A stretch of 58,140 bases of DNA, counting the filler, from Centroscyllium fabricii (Eukaryota): NCBI GenBank assembly GCA_051313645.2. It is 3 parts of 3 records of this genome, joined end to end, with 100 filler letters (N's around TTAATTAATTAA, not from the genome) between each part and the next. Parts side by side here need not be neighbours in the genome. Positions count along the whole stretch, not along the records: positions 1 to 30,145 come from JBNRSN020000009.1; 2 more parts are not named here. One strand, written 5' to 3'. The translations under genes were made by a program, and so were the position numbers. Under the pieces are notes generated by a model. The model did no database searches. It was given only the letters and a program-made list of their open reading frames with translations, and was not told where the DNA came from. Below are positions 1-13,352 of the stretch, in pieces (position 1 is the stretch's first letter; the number at the start of each line of letters is the position of its first letter).

Positions 1-550
1 AGGAAGCAGACGACCAGCCGCAGGCACAGCAGCAACTGCAGGGCTCGGCCCCACCGCCACCACCAGCACCTACAGTGCCGGCACCAGCGCCGCCGCCACC
101 ACCGACACCAGTGCCGACACTGCAGGCACCTGAACCGTTAACAGAGACCCGGCGGTCCTCCAGACAGACGCGACCGCCAGATAAACTCCTCCTGAACTGC
201 TCGGTCCATTCACCCCGCCGGACTTAATTTTCAAAGAAGGGGTGAATGTGGTAACCGTTATATATGTACTCTTTTACCACCTCAATATTGTTGCCAATAT
301 TGTATTGCATGTATAGCGGCCGGGTGCATAATACACTGCCTTGTATTGCGACACTGTCGCGGGGTCAGGTCAGCCACACCTCTAACTCCTCCCCTCAGGT
401 GAGTGCCTTATAGGTGGGGACTGACCTGCCCCCATTCATTCTGTACCTGATGTTCGATCGGAGCGTAGCTCCTTTGTAAGCTAATAAAAGCCTCTAGTTA
501 AGGTAACTACGCGTCTTTAGTTTTATTAAGACTATTGACGATACGTCACA
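1..550 (+). mobile_element. 3' end of Gypsy LTR retrotransposon A (integrase tail, PPT, 3' LTR 247-550)
   Basis: Pro-rich tail ending RRSSRQTRPPDKL; PPT AAAGAAGGGGTGAA followed by TGTGGTAA at 247; AATAAA near 483; LTR ends ...GTCACA at 550. Confidence 0.85.
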
Positions 551-3111
551 TGGTGAATCAGATCGCCCAGTTTCGGGTCTTCTCGACCATCGATCTTGAA
601 GTCCGCATACCACCAGCTCCCCATCCGCCCAGAGGACCGTCTCTATACTGCCTTCGAGGCTGACGGCTGCCTCTATCACTTCCTCAGGGTTCCGTTTGGC
701 GTCACCAATGGGGTCTCGGTCTTCCAAAGGGAGATGGACCGAATGGTTGATCAGTACGGACTGCGGGCCACCTTTCCGTATCTAGATAACGCGACCAGCA
801 GGACCATGACGCCAACCTCCAGAAATGTCTCCACACCGCCAAAACATTAAACCTGACATATAACACGGAAAAATGTGTGTTCAGGACAACCCGCCTCGCC
901 ATCCTCGGCAGTGTTGTGGAGAATGGGGTCATCGGTCCCGACTCAGACCGCATGCGCCCCCTCCTGGAGCTCCCCCTCCCCCACTCCCTCAAGGCCCTGA
1001 AAAGGTGCCTGGGGTTCTTCGCCTATTATGCCCAGTGGGTCCCCAACTATGCGGACAAAGCCCGCCCACTGCTTAAATCAACCTCATTCCCCCTGTCAGC
1101 AGAGGCACGCTTGGCTTTCTGCGGCATAAAAGACGACATTGCAAAGGCCACGATGCACGCCGTGGACGAGGCCGTCCCCCGTTCCAGGTCGAGAGCGATG
1201 CATCGGACTTTGCCCTGGCCGCCACCCTTAACCAGGCGGGCAGACCCGTGGCCTTCTTCTCGCGCACCCTCCAGGGCCCTGAGACCCGTCACTCTTCCGT
1301 TGAGAAGGAGGCCCAGGCCATTGTTGAAGCAGTGCGACACTGGAAGCACTACCTGGCCGGAAAACGATTTACCCTGTTGACTGACCAACGCTCAGTCGCT
1401 TTTATGTTCAACAACAAAGAGCGGGGTAAAATCAAGAACGACAAGATACTGAGGAGGAGAATTGAGCTCTCCGCTTTCAATTACGATATCTTGTACCAGC
1501 CCGGGAAATTCAATGAGCCCCCAGATGCCCTCACGCGGTACATGTGCCAGCACACAAGTGGACCGTCTCCAAACCCTGCACAACGACCTCTGCCACCCGG
1601 GGGTCACCAGGTTGGTCCACTTCGTTAAGTCCCGCAACCTCCCCTACTCCATCGAGGAGGTCAAGACCATGACCAGGAACTGCCAGGTCTGTGCGGCGTG
1701 CAAGCCGCACTTCTTTCGGCCAGACCGGGCGTACCTGATCAAGGCCACCCGCCCCTTTGAGCGACTCAGTGTCGATTTTAAAGGGCCCCTCCCCTCGTCC
1801 AACCGAAACGTGTACTTTCTGAACGTCATCGACGAGTACTGGCGTTTCCCCTTCGCCATCCCCTGCCCGGACATGACCTCCGCCACTGTCATCAGGGCAC
1901 TCCACAGCATTTTCGCCCTGTTCGGCTACCCCAGCTACATCCATAGCGACCGGGGGGCCTCTTTCATGAGTGACGAGCTGCGTCAGTTTCTGCTAGCCAA
2001 GGGCATCGCTACTAGCAGGACTACCAGCTATAACCCCCGGGGGAACAGTCAGGTAGAGAGGGAGAACGCCACCGTCTGGAAGGCCACCCTGTTTGCCCTA
2101 CGGTCTAAAGGCCTCCCAGTCTCCCGCTGGCAGGACGTCCTCCCCGAAGCGCTCCACTCCATCCGGTCACTCCGCTGTACGGCCACTAACGCCACCCCTC
2201 ACGAGCGACTTTTTGCCTTCCCTAGGAAGTCGGCTTCCGGGACCTCGCTGCCGTCATGGCTATCGTCCCCAGGACCAGTCCTACTCCGGAAGCACGTGAG
2301 GGGCCACAAGTCAGACCCCCTGGTCGAACGTGTCCACCTCCTGCACGCCAACCCCCAGTACGCCTACGTGGTGTACCCCGACGGGAGGGAGGACACAGTG
2401 TCCATCAAGGACCTGGCACCAGCGGGTGCCCCCGAGTCCAGCCCTGCCCAACAGCCCGCGCCCCCACGCCTGCCTGCCACTCCCTCCGGGCCACCTGCAC
2501 CACGGTACGCCGCTCACCACGAGGCTCCAGCGCCACGGTACGCCCACCCAGCACCTGCAGGCAGCACAGCATGGCCCCCGGCATGGCTCCCTAGTGCACG
2601 CGCCCAAGAGTCGGATGACGAATGGGAGAGCGCGCCACCAACCGTTACCGCAAGGGCACCAACGATGGACCGAACGCCCACGCCGACCTCGCTGCTACCG
2701 ACTCAACAGCTAACGGTGCGCCCACCGACTCCACCACCAGCGGTGCGCCGATCAACCAGACAAACCAGGCCGCCCGACAGGCTGGACTTAGTTTTTTTTC
2801 TTATGTCGCATTCGCCCCGCCGGACTTGTTTTAAAGAAGGGGTGAATGTGGTAAACCACTTTGTAATATATATGTATATATCTCTGTAACCACGCTGTAT
2901 ATAGTTCACTGTGGATTGATACCTGGGCATGCCCACGCTGGCCCCGCCTGTGACTCCTCCTCCCCTGGACCAGGTACATAAGCGGCCGTCTCCCTTCCCC
3001 CAGCCATTCCTGGGGACGGTCGACTAGCTGGTGCATGCCCACCTTTAGCTAATAAAAGCCGATTGTTTCACCTCTTAATATGTCGTCTCCAAGGTCGTTA
3101 ATTCGGTAACA
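551..3111 (+). mobile_element. Gypsy LTR retrotransposon B, degraded pol (RT-RNase H-integrase) with PPT and 3' LTR 2847-3111
   Basis: RT motifs KSAYHQ, PFGVTNG, FPYLDN; RNase H EKEAQAIV, LLTDQ; integrase H..H..C..C and DDE in ORF 1462-2889; several frameshifts; same PPT then TG...CA LTR with AATAAA. Confidence 0.92.
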
Positions 3112-4015
3112 GACACAAAGCTGGGTGGGAGGGTATGCTGGGAGAAGGATGTCGAGAAACTCCAATGCTATTTGGACAGGTTGGGGGATTGGGCGGATAC
3201 ATGGCAAATGCACTATAATGTGGATAATGTGAGGTTATCCACTTTGGTGGTAAAAACAGGAGGGCAGATTATTATTTGAATGGCAGATTATTTGAATGGC
3301 AATAGATTGGGAGAAGGGGAAGTGCAAAGAGACCTGGGTGTTCTTGTGCACCAGTCACTGAAGGTAAGCATGCAGGTGCAACAGGCAGTTAAGAAGGCAA
3401 ATGGTATGTTGGTCTTCGTAGCAAGAGGGTTCGAATATAAGAACAAGAATGTCTTGCTGCAGCTCTACAGGACCTTGGTGAGACCACACCTCGAGTATTG
3501 TGTGCAGTTTTGGTCGCCTCATCTGAGGAAGGACGTTCTTGCCATTGAAGGAGTGCAGTGAAGATTCACCCGGCTGATACCTGGGATGGCAGGAATGATG
3601 TATGGGGAGAGATTGAGTCGATTGAGCTTATACTCACTGGAGTTCAGACGATTGAGAGGGGATCTCATCAAAACCTATAAGATTCTTTCAGGCCTGGACA
3701 GACTGGATGCAGGAAGGATGTTTCCGATGAAAGGGGAATCCAGAACCAGGGGCCATAGTCTAAGGATAAGGGGAAAGCCATTTAGGACTGAGATGAGGGG
3801 GAATTTCTTCACCCAGAGAGTGGTGAACCTGTGGAATTCTCTGCCACAGAGGGCGGTTCATGAAATATATTCTTGGATATATTTCTTCAGGCTGAAGAGA
3901 TATGGGGAGAAGGCAGGGACAGGGTACTGAATCTGAAAGATCAGTCATGATCTAATTGAATGGCGGAGCAGGCTCGAAGGCACAATGGCCTACTCCTGCT
4001 CCTATCTTCTATGTT
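3112..4015 (+). mobile_element. CR1 LINE 3' part (host of the Gypsy insertion)
   Basis: Starts at DTKLGG, includes LVRPHLEYCVQFWSP and NFFTQRVVNLWNSLP, CR1 3' UTR ending TTCTATGTT. Confidence 0.9.
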
Positions 4016-4234
4016 AAAGATTTCTTCTAATGAGATGTTCGATTCATGATATGAAGATGTATTTTAATTTGTGGCTCAGGCCAATATTTGTCCACGATCT
4101 GCTGCCTCTATACCTGTATACATTATGAAAACACATAGCATGGAAACACTCAGCTGTCATAAAATAATGAAGCATACAAACTTCCAGACCATGAGAATCT
4201 CTTAAAAAAAACTACAAATTTTAAGCTTCTAATT

Positions 4235-4490
4235 TTAAGGTAATTGGCAATAGGATCAGAGGGGCGATTTTTTTTTAAACACAGTGAGGTGTTATGATCT
4301 AGAATGCACTACCTAAAAAGGATGATGGGAGCAGATTCAATCGTAACTTTCAAGAATGTTGGATAAATACTTGAAGGGGAAAACATTGCAGGGCCCTGGG
4401 GAAAGGGCCGGGAAATGGAGCTAATTAGCTCTTTCAAAGAGCAGGCACGGGCCAAATAACATCATTCTGTGCTGTTTGATTCTATGAAAT
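4235..4490 (+). mobile_element. Old CR1-type 3' fragment
   Basis: Degenerate CR1 C-terminal region ending GATTCTATGA. Confidence 0.5.
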
Positions 4491-5337
4491 TATGAGAATC
4501 ATGACTGCTGATGGCAGATGCCATTTGCAACATCACTTAGTTCTTGTGATTATTCAGCCCCTTACTGCTTCAGAACTCTCCCAGCCATTGCTGCATTTAG
4601 ATTGTGTGTGTGTATAGCTTCATCCTTGAAATATGAAGTGACTCTCATCCTACTTTTACATCTTCCCTGCCCATGCCGAGATAAAGCAAGCAATTTTTAT
4701 CCACACTTCCAACGAATGCTACTCTAGCTCCCAAGATACTGACTTGCTGCCCTGGTTGATGTGCTGACTGATTTTCCTCTCCCTTCCTGCGAGGGTGTAG
4801 TGGGCCTCTGCTCAGTGCCTCCACTAGCCCAATTATGCAGGGATAGTAAATATCTGCACTCTACACAAACATGTTGCTCACCTATTTGTAGAATGTTGGT
4901 ACATTAACACATTGCCCCACCTATTTACCAATGTTTCGCCTTTTGTGTCCCTCTACCCCAGCAGCAAACAGACAACAATGCACCTAAATGGAATATCTGA
5001 CAACTTTTAGTTTGAAATTGTACCTGAAGGAAAGGTTCACTATCCTTGGTCCACTACAAAACATTAAGGTACAAAGAGCAAAATCAGGACAGGCGTACAG
5101 AATCCACTTCCAACTGTGCGGGAAACAAATATTTTCTTTAATTGAACAGAATGCAACAGTTCAAGACTTAATGCAAGACAGATGCAAAGTTAACCTTCAA
5201 AAAACCCAAATCACCCAACAAGTGAACTTTCCCAACTCCCAGGACGTTACATCAAGCACATGATGTAATGACCATTAACAAACAGGTACTCACAATACAG
5301 AGGTGAAAACAGTACACACAGTAAACAGAGATATGCT

Positions 5338-5343
5338 TTTATT
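5338..5343 (-). promoter_or_regulatory. Candidate TATDN2 polyadenylation signal (second AATAAA at 5609-5614)
   Basis: AATAAA on minus strand about 660 nt after the stop, followed by GT-rich sequence. Confidence 0.45.
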
Positions 5344-6005
5344 TTCTGTGTGAAAGGAAACAGTTATGCATGTGTGGATTCTTGACCAGGAGCACTGACA
5401 GGCCATTTGATCATGGAGGCTGCCATCACAGCCAAGTCTGAACCAGTCCTCCTCTAACATCTACACAGCGGGGGTCACTGGACAATGAGGAGTGCAAATC
5501 ACACTCGACTGCATTGTGGCCTGGCATACTGGAGCTACCCCTCTTCATAGCTCAATTTTCAATAAAAACTGAAACAAGGCTGATATTTTAAAAATAATTG
5601 TTGTAAATTTTATTCAGAAACCCACAATAAAATGAAGATAAACTGATAGCGAGAAACAAATCTTGAGCTGTTGGTGTTGTGACCCAGATCAACATCTTGA
5701 TTTGCAAAGTTGAAAAATCCTAGTCAGAGATTTAAGTTCAAGTCCTATCATCTTTTAAATTTAGTAAAGCTCTACAATCAACATTGCAGTATCCAGTATT
5801 CAAAGCTGAGAATAAACATGCAGTACTCAAAAAAAAACGTAAAAATGTAAACTAAAGAAGTTAGTCATGCTAAATTCATGCTGGAAAAATAACATTCTGA
5901 ACTGACATACTTTCATTTGTCATGTATCCAATTATCTTATAGGACCCATATAGTTTAAAAGAGAATTAACTGGGATTACATTTTCAGTTACATTTGGTCA
6001 GTTGT

Positions 6006-6146
6006 TTATATTCCATATATATTCTGGGTATTTTTTCTCAGTACAGAAAGAACTGTGGACAGTTTCATAGCTTTCAGTTTGGCAATTTCTTTTACAGTGT
6101 ACAAGGCAAGTCCTGGATGGGAATAGCAACAGACCCTCTTGGAGAC
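6006..6146 (-). CDS. TATDN2: TATDN2 last coding exon (VSKRVCCYSHPGLALYTVKEIAKLKAMKLSTVLSVLRKNTQNIYGI*)
   Basis: TTTCAG acceptor, phase 0, TAA at 6006-6008; matches the recalled vertebrate TATDN2 C-terminus (HPGLALHTVREIA...LRENT). Not in the ORF track. Confidence 0.92.
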   Translation of the reverse strand, partial: VSKRVCCYSHPGLALYTVKEIAKLKAMKLSTVLSVLRKNTQNIYGI

Positions 6147-6697
6147 CTGAAACAGATACAAACGTACATAGTGTTCAGGTTAAAATATGCATTTTCAGCA
6201 CTACAAACTGAACTAGACACATCAGTGTTGTTTAAAAGGTAGGAAGAGTGTGAAAAGTATTCAAAAACAATTTTAATTTTGCAACATACAAACATTTTTC
6301 CTTCTCTACATCTTCCAGGAATATGCGTCGAGGCCCGGGTGAGTGTAAAACCTCACTTTCACGGGCTTTCTTGCAGTGCTTGGAGTCAGGAGTGGAGAGA
6401 CCAGTGAGCCCAAGCCCGGGTGAGTATAAAACCTCACTTTCGCGGGCTTTCTTAGTGTGACGTCACCAGAAAGCAGGTAAGTGATTGGGTGGCGAATATT
6501 TCTCTTTTTAAAATTAAAATCGGTGGTTTATAGTTTGTTTGTAAACCAGGGCCCTTAAAAATATAATTTAGCTGTAAGGTAACTTCAATTCTGCGGTTTA
6601 TATTTTCTAGGGTCTCTGTGGTGTAGTGGGGACCTCTGCGCCCTAGAGTATATCTTTAATTGGTGGTATTGAATACATTTAAATTAAAGGGTAAGTC

Positions 6698-7661
6698 ATG
6701 TCAGGACAGCTCGGCCCCGTGTTATGCTCCACCTGCGCTATGTGGGAATTCAGGGACGCTGCCGGTGTCCCCGACGACCATGTGTGCCGGAAATGTATCC
6801 AGCTGCAGCTACTAGCAGACCGCATTGAGGCACTGGAGCTGCGGATGGATGAGTTTTGGAGCATTCGCGATGCTGAGAGGGTCGTGGACAGCACGTTTAG
6901 TGAGTCGGTCACACCGCAGGTAAGGGCTGCACAGGCAGAAGGGAAATGGGTGACCATCAGGCGGGGCAGCAGAAGCAGGCAGGTAGTGCAGGGGACCCCT
7001 GTAGCCAGCCCTCTCTCAAACAGGTATACCGATTTGGATACTGTTGAGGGGGATGACTTACCAGGGGAAGGCAGCAGCAGCCAACTCCCTGGCACCAGGG
7101 GTGCTTCTGCTGCTCAGGAGGGGAGGAAAAAGAGTGGGAGAGCAATAGTGATAGGGGATTCTATCGTAAGAGGAACAGATAGGTGTTTCTGTGGCCGTAG
7201 GCGTGACTCCAGGATGGTTTGTTGCCTCCCTGGTGCCAGGGTCAAGGATGTCACTGAACGGCTGCAGGGCATTCTGAAGGGGGAGGGCGAACAGTCAGAG
7301 GTCATGGTTCACATTGGTACCAACGATATGGGTAGGAAGAGGGATGAGGTCCTGCAGCAAGAATTCAGGGAGCTAGGTAGCAGATTAAAGAGCAGGACCT
7401 CAAAGGTTGTAATCTCTGGATTACTCCCAGTGCCACATGCTAGAGTATAGGAATAGGAGGATAGAGCAGATGAATGCGTGGCCAAAGAGTTGGTGCAGGA
7501 GGGAGGGCTTTAGTTTCCTGGATCACTGGGTCTGCTTCTGGGGAAGGTGGGACTTGTACAAGTCAGGTGGGTTGCACCTGAACCAGAACGGGACCAATAT
7601 CCTTGCGGGGAGGTTTGCTAGCACTGTTGGGGAGGGGGAGGGGGGGGGGGGGGGGCGTTAA
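6698..7661 (+). pseudogene. CR1 ORF1 (zinc finger/coiled coil plus SGNH esterase), frameshifted near 7440
   Basis: CxxC...CxxC, IVIGDS, PGARV, HIGTND, GLHLN motifs. Confidence 0.88.
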
Positions 7662-7767
7662 ACTATCTTGGCAGGGGGATGGGATACGGAGTGGAGCTAT
7701 AATAGGGGGTGATGCACAACCAAATAGAGGAAAAAACAAGTCAGCTTGGAAGGCAGAGCAAATATGT

Positions 7768-10569
7768 AATGGCACAAGGGAGTAGGGCAAGGCTGGATGG
7801 CATTTATTTTAATTCAAGGAGTCTTGCGAATAAGGTGGATGAACTGAAGGTGTTGATGAACACATCGGAGTATGACATTGTTGCCTTCATGGAGACATGG
7901 TTGAGGGAGGGGCAGGACTGGCAGCTCAATATTCCGGGGTATAATCTTCAGACGAGACAGAGGGGGGCAATAAAAGAGGGGGTGTCGCAATATTAATTAA
8001 GGAGTCAATTATGCTGTAAGGAGGGATGATATATTAACAGGTTCCTCTAATGAGGCTATATGGGTAGAACTTAAAAAAACAAAAAGGGGGAAAGCACTTT
8101 GCTGGGAGTGTACTATAGGCCCCCAAACAGTCAGGGGGAGATAGAGAAACAGATATGTAGGCAAATCTCAGAAGTGTGCAAATAATAGTAGGGGATATCA
8201 ACTTTCCCAATATTAACTGGGATAGTCAGAGTGTGAAAGAGTTAGAGGGTGCAGAATTATTAAAGTGCATCCAGGAGAGCTTTTTGAGCCAGCATGTAGA
8301 AGGTCCTACAAGAGAGGGGGCGGTACTGGACCTAATTCTAGGGAATGTGGCCGGGCAAGTGGTAGAAGTGTTAGTAGGAGAGCACTTTGGTGATGGTGAC
8401 CATAATTCGGTGAGATTTAAGGTAGTCATGGAAAAGGACAAAGATGGACTGGAAATAAAGGTTCCAAATTGGGGGAAGGCCGATTTTAATATGCTACGGC
8501 AGGATCTGGCCAAAGTGGACTGGGATCAGCCACTTGTAGGAAAATTCACATCGGAGCAATGGGAGTCTTTCAGAAAGGAAATTGAGAGAGTACAATGGCA
8601 ACATGTTCCCGTAAAGGTCAAGGGTGGGACCAACAAGCCCAGGGAACCTTGGATGTCAAGGGATATACGAGAATGGATTAGGAAAAAAAGGGGGCCTTTG
8701 GCAGACACAAAGGACTAAAGACAGAGGAAGCCCTTGAGGAGTATAGAAAGTGTAGGGGGGGCACTTAAAAAGAAATTAGGAGAGCGAGGAGGGGCCATGA
8801 AATAACACTGGCGAGCAAAATAAAGGAAAATCCTAAAGGTGTTCTATAAGTATATTAAGGGCAAGAGGATAAGTAGGGAAAGAATAGGGCCCATTAGGGA
8901 CCAAAGTGGCAATCTGTGTGTAGAGCTAGATGATGTAGATGGGGTTTTAAATGAATTTTTTGCATCTGTGTTCACTATGGAGAAGGACGATGTAGACATA
9001 GAAATCAGGCAGGGGGACTGTGATATACTTAAACGTATTAGCATCGAGAGGGAGGAGGTACTAGCAGTTTTAGCAGGCTTAAAAGCGGATAAATCCCCAG
9101 GCCCGGATGAGATGTATCCCAGGCTGCTGTGTGAGGCAAAGGAGGAGATTGCAGGGGCTCTGACACGAATTTTCAGAACCTCTCTGGCCACAGGACTGGT
9201 AAACAGCTAACGTGGTACCATTATTCAAGAAGGGTAGTAGGCATAAACCAGGGAATTACAGGCCAGTGAGCCGAACATCAGTGGTAGGGAAATTATTGTT
9301 AAAAAATTCTGAGGGACAGAATTAGTATTCACTTGGAGAGGCAAGGATTAATCAAGGATAGTCAGCATGGCTTTGTCAAGGGAAGATCATGTCTGACCAA
9401 CTTGATTGAATTTTTCAAGGGGGTGACTAGGCATGTGGATGAGGGTAGTGCAGTGGATGTGGTATACATGGATTTCAGTAAGGCTTTTGATAAAGTCCCG
9501 CATAGGAGACTGGTAAAGAAGGCAAGAGCCTATGGGATCCAGGGCACCTTGGCACATTGGATCCAAAACTGGCTTAGTGGCAGAAGGCAGAGGGTGATGG
9601 TCGAAGGTTGTTTTTGGTGACTGGAAGCCTGTGCCCAGTGGGGTACTGCAGGGATCGGTGCTGGGTCCCTTGCTGTTTGTGGTCTACATTAATGATTTGG
9701 ATGTGAATGTAAAAGGTATGATCAGTAAGTTCGCAGATGACACGAAAATTGGTGGGGTGGCAAACAGCGAGGAGGGAAGCCTCAGTCTGCAGGACGATAT
9801 AGATGGGTTGGTCAGATGGGCGGAACAGTGGCAAATGGAATTTAACCCTGAAAAGTTTGAGGTGATGCATTTTGGAAGGACTAACAAGGCAAGGGAATAC
9901 ACAATGAATGGTAAGAGCCTAGGAAAGACAGAGGATCAGAGGGACCTTGGTGTGCATGTACATAGATCCCTGAAGTCAGCAGAACAGGTGAATAAGATGG
10001 TTAAAAAGGCATATGGGATACTTGCCTTCATTAGCCGAGGCATAGAATACAAGAGCAGGGAGGTTATGATGGAGCTGTACAAAACTCTGGTAAGGCCACA
10101 GCTGGAGTACTGTGTGCAGTTCTGGTCGCCACACTATAGGAAGGATGTGATTGTTTTGGAGAGGGTGCAGAGGAGAGTCACCAGGATGTTACCTGAGCTG
10201 GAGTGCTTCAGCTATGAAGAAAGACTGGACAGGCTGGGTTTGCTTTCCTTGAAGCAGAGAAGGCTGAGGGGGGACCTGATTGAGGTGCACAAAAGTATGA
10301 GGGGCATAGATAGGGTAGATAGAAAGGAACTTTTCCCCTTAGTAGAGGGGTCAATAACAAGGGGGCATAGTTTCAAGGTAAGGGGCGGGAGGTTTAGAGG
10401 GGATTTGAGGAAGAACTTTTTCACCCAGAGGGTGGTTGGAATCTGGAACTCACTGCCTGAAAGGGTGGTAGAGGCAGGAACCCTCACAACATTCAAGAAG
10501 CATTTGGATGAACACTTGAAACGCCATAGCATACAAGGCTACGGACCAAATGCTGGAAAATGGGATTAG
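7768..10569 (+). pseudogene. CR1 ORF2 (APE endonuclease plus RT), disrupted
   Basis: ETWL, GDINFP, LDLIL, KSPGPD, QHGF, YMDFSKAFD, QGSVLGP, FADD; many stops and frameshifts. Confidence 0.9.
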
Positions 10570-11562
10570 AATAGACAGGGCTTGATGGCCGGCGCAGACG
10601 CGATGGGCCTCTTTCTGTGCTGTAAAACTCTAGGACTCTGCGTCATTTCCTGGTTCTGGATATTCAGATGAAGCTGCCCCCCATTTCTGTAAATCCTGCT
10701 CGCTGTAGCAGACTGCTAAGAGTGTAAAGGAATAGCAAAGGGTGAATGGTCCGACAGTTTCCCCACCCTTGGTATCCACTTGGATACTGACACTTGGCAC
10801 AGCATGGCCAAGATAGTCACTGACTGTATAGAACTCAAAGTGCATTTGCAATGGCACGGACTAGTGTGAAGCTGAGCCATAAAGATCAGGAAGGCCAAGG
10901 CTCAATTCTCAGTCTGCTCGCTTTCAGCCTATACAAATGGTAGGTACACTACAATTGTCATGTAGCCAAAAAACAGGTCAGCACCTTGAGAAGGAGAGAG
11001 AGTTGGAAGGAAAAAATGTAAACTATTGCTCCATCACTCTGGTAGAGTACCCTGGAACCCTATCATTACACCAAATGGCATTCTGAACTAAAGAGAAGCC
11101 CATCTTCAATTAACATAAAAAGTATTCATAGGTTTGTGCCTAGTCCACACTCCCCGTACCATTTCATATTCTTTTTATATCCAGCTATGTATTGCCCTTT
11201 TTGAAACAGTTCTGCTTCCACAGTTTATGGCAAAGAATTTCACATTCTAACCACCATCTGTACAAAGAAAGTTGTTCTAACCTCTCCTTTTTGTTTTGTG
11301 ATTTTACATGTCTGCCCTCTTGTTACCAGTGGATGTCATCGATCATTATTTACCTCATCATAACTCTTCATAATCTTGGCAACATTAATCTCTCAGCTCC
11401 AGTGAAAAAGGCCTTATTTCTCATCGCTTCATAAAGTGTAACCTTTTATCCCTGAAAATACTCGATATTGCTTTCTGGTGCAAAATATATTGGAAGCACT
11501 TTAATACTTGAGCATCATTTTTAGCACCAATATCTGAATATTGTTGGGTTTGCAACAAACAA

Positions 11563-13352
11563 ATTAAGTTGATATCACACACACACATTGAGTTGATATC
11601 ACACACACACATTGAGTTGATATCACACACATACATTGAGTTGATATCACACACACACATTGAGTTGATATCACACACATACATTGAGTTGATATCACAC
11701 ACACACATTGAGTTGATATCACACACACACATTGAGTTGATATCACACACATACATTGAGTTGATATCACACACACACATTGAGTTGATATCACACACAC
11801 ACATTGAGTTGATATCACACACACACATTGAGTTGATATCACACACACATTGAGTTGATATCACACACACACATTGAGTTGATATCACACACACACATTG
11901 AGTTGATATCACACACACACATTGAGTTGATATCACACACACACATTGAGTTGATATCACACACACACATTGAGTTGATATCACACACACACATTGAGTT
12001 GATATCACACACACATTGAGTTGATATCACACACACATTGAGTTGATATCACACACACATTAAGTTGATATCACACACACATTGAGTTGATATCACACAC
12101 ACATTGAGTTGATATCACACACACACATTGAGTTGATATCACACACACATTGAGTTGATATCACACACACATTGAGTTGATATCACACACACATTGAGTT
12201 GATATCACACACACATTGAGTTGATATCACACACACACATTGAGTTGATATCACACACACATTGAGTTGATATCACACACACATTGAGTTGATATCACAC
12301 ACACATTGAGTTGATATCACACACACATTGAGTTGATATCACACACACACATTGAGTTGATATCACACACACATTGAGTTGATATCACACACACATTGAG
12401 TTGATATCACACACACATTGAGTTGATATCACACACACATTAAGTTGATATCACACACACATTGAGTTGATATCACACACACATTGAGTTGATATCACAC
12501 ACACATTGAGTTGATATCACACACACACATTGAGTTGATATCACACACACATTGAGTTGATATCACACACACATTGAGTTGATATCACACACACACATTG
12601 AGTTGATATCACACACACACATTGAGTTGATATCACACACACATTGAGTTGATATCACACACACACATTAAGTTGATATCATGCACACACATTGAGTTGA
12701 TATCATGCACACACACATTGAGTTGATATCATGCACACACATTGAGTTGATATCATGCACACACATTGAGTTGATATCATGCACACACACACATATTGAG
12801 TTGATATCATGCACACACATTGAGTTGATATCATGCACACACACACATATTGAGTTGATATCATGCACACACATTGAGTTGATATCATGCACACACACAC
12901 ACATTGAGTTGATATCATGCACACACATTGAGTTGATATCATGCACACACACATTGAGTTGATATCATGCACACACATTGAGTTGATATCATGCACACAC
13001 ACATTGAGTTGATATCATGCACACACATTGAGTTGATATCATGCACACACACACATATTGAGTTGATATCATGCACACACATTGAGTTGATATCATGCAC
13101 ACACACACATATTGAGTTGATATCATGCACACACATTGAGTTGATATCATGCACACACACACATATTGAGTTGATATCATGCACACACATTGAGTTGATA
13201 TCATGCACACACACACATATTGAGTTGATATCATGCACACACATTGAGTTGATATCATGCACACACATTGAGTTGATATCATGCACACACACACATATTG
13301 AGTTGATATCACACACACACATTGAGTTGATATCATGCACACACACACATAT
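11563..13352. repeat. Minisatellite ATTGAGTTGATATC + (AC)n or ATGC(AC)n, unit 22-28 bp
   Basis: Direct tandem array of about 1.8 kb with a variant switch near 12670. Confidence 0.97.

Larger units (their letters stand above)
6330..10638 (+). mobile_element. Near full-length CR1 LINE, antisense in the last TATDN2 intron
   Basis: 5' UTR, ORF1, ORF2 and 3' UTR all present; possible TSD TGCGTC at 6324-6329 and 10639-10644. Confidence 0.93.

Noticed and set aside
551-562. Primer-binding site making 247-550 the 5' LTR of element B
   Set aside because: The LTR is preceded by a PPT, differs from LTR B, and the following bases translate as RT
4500-5300. Ghrelin or another neighbouring gene downstream of TATDN2
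   Set aside because: No recognisable peptide or exon found
6080-6100. Apparent frameshift in the last TATDN2 exon
   Set aside because: Recount gives GTA AAA GAA ATT; the frame is intact
11563-13352. CRISPR-like array or Cys/His-rich ORFs
   Set aside because: Spacers are only (AC)n, the context is eukaryotic and there are no cas genes; the ORFs are repeat artefacts
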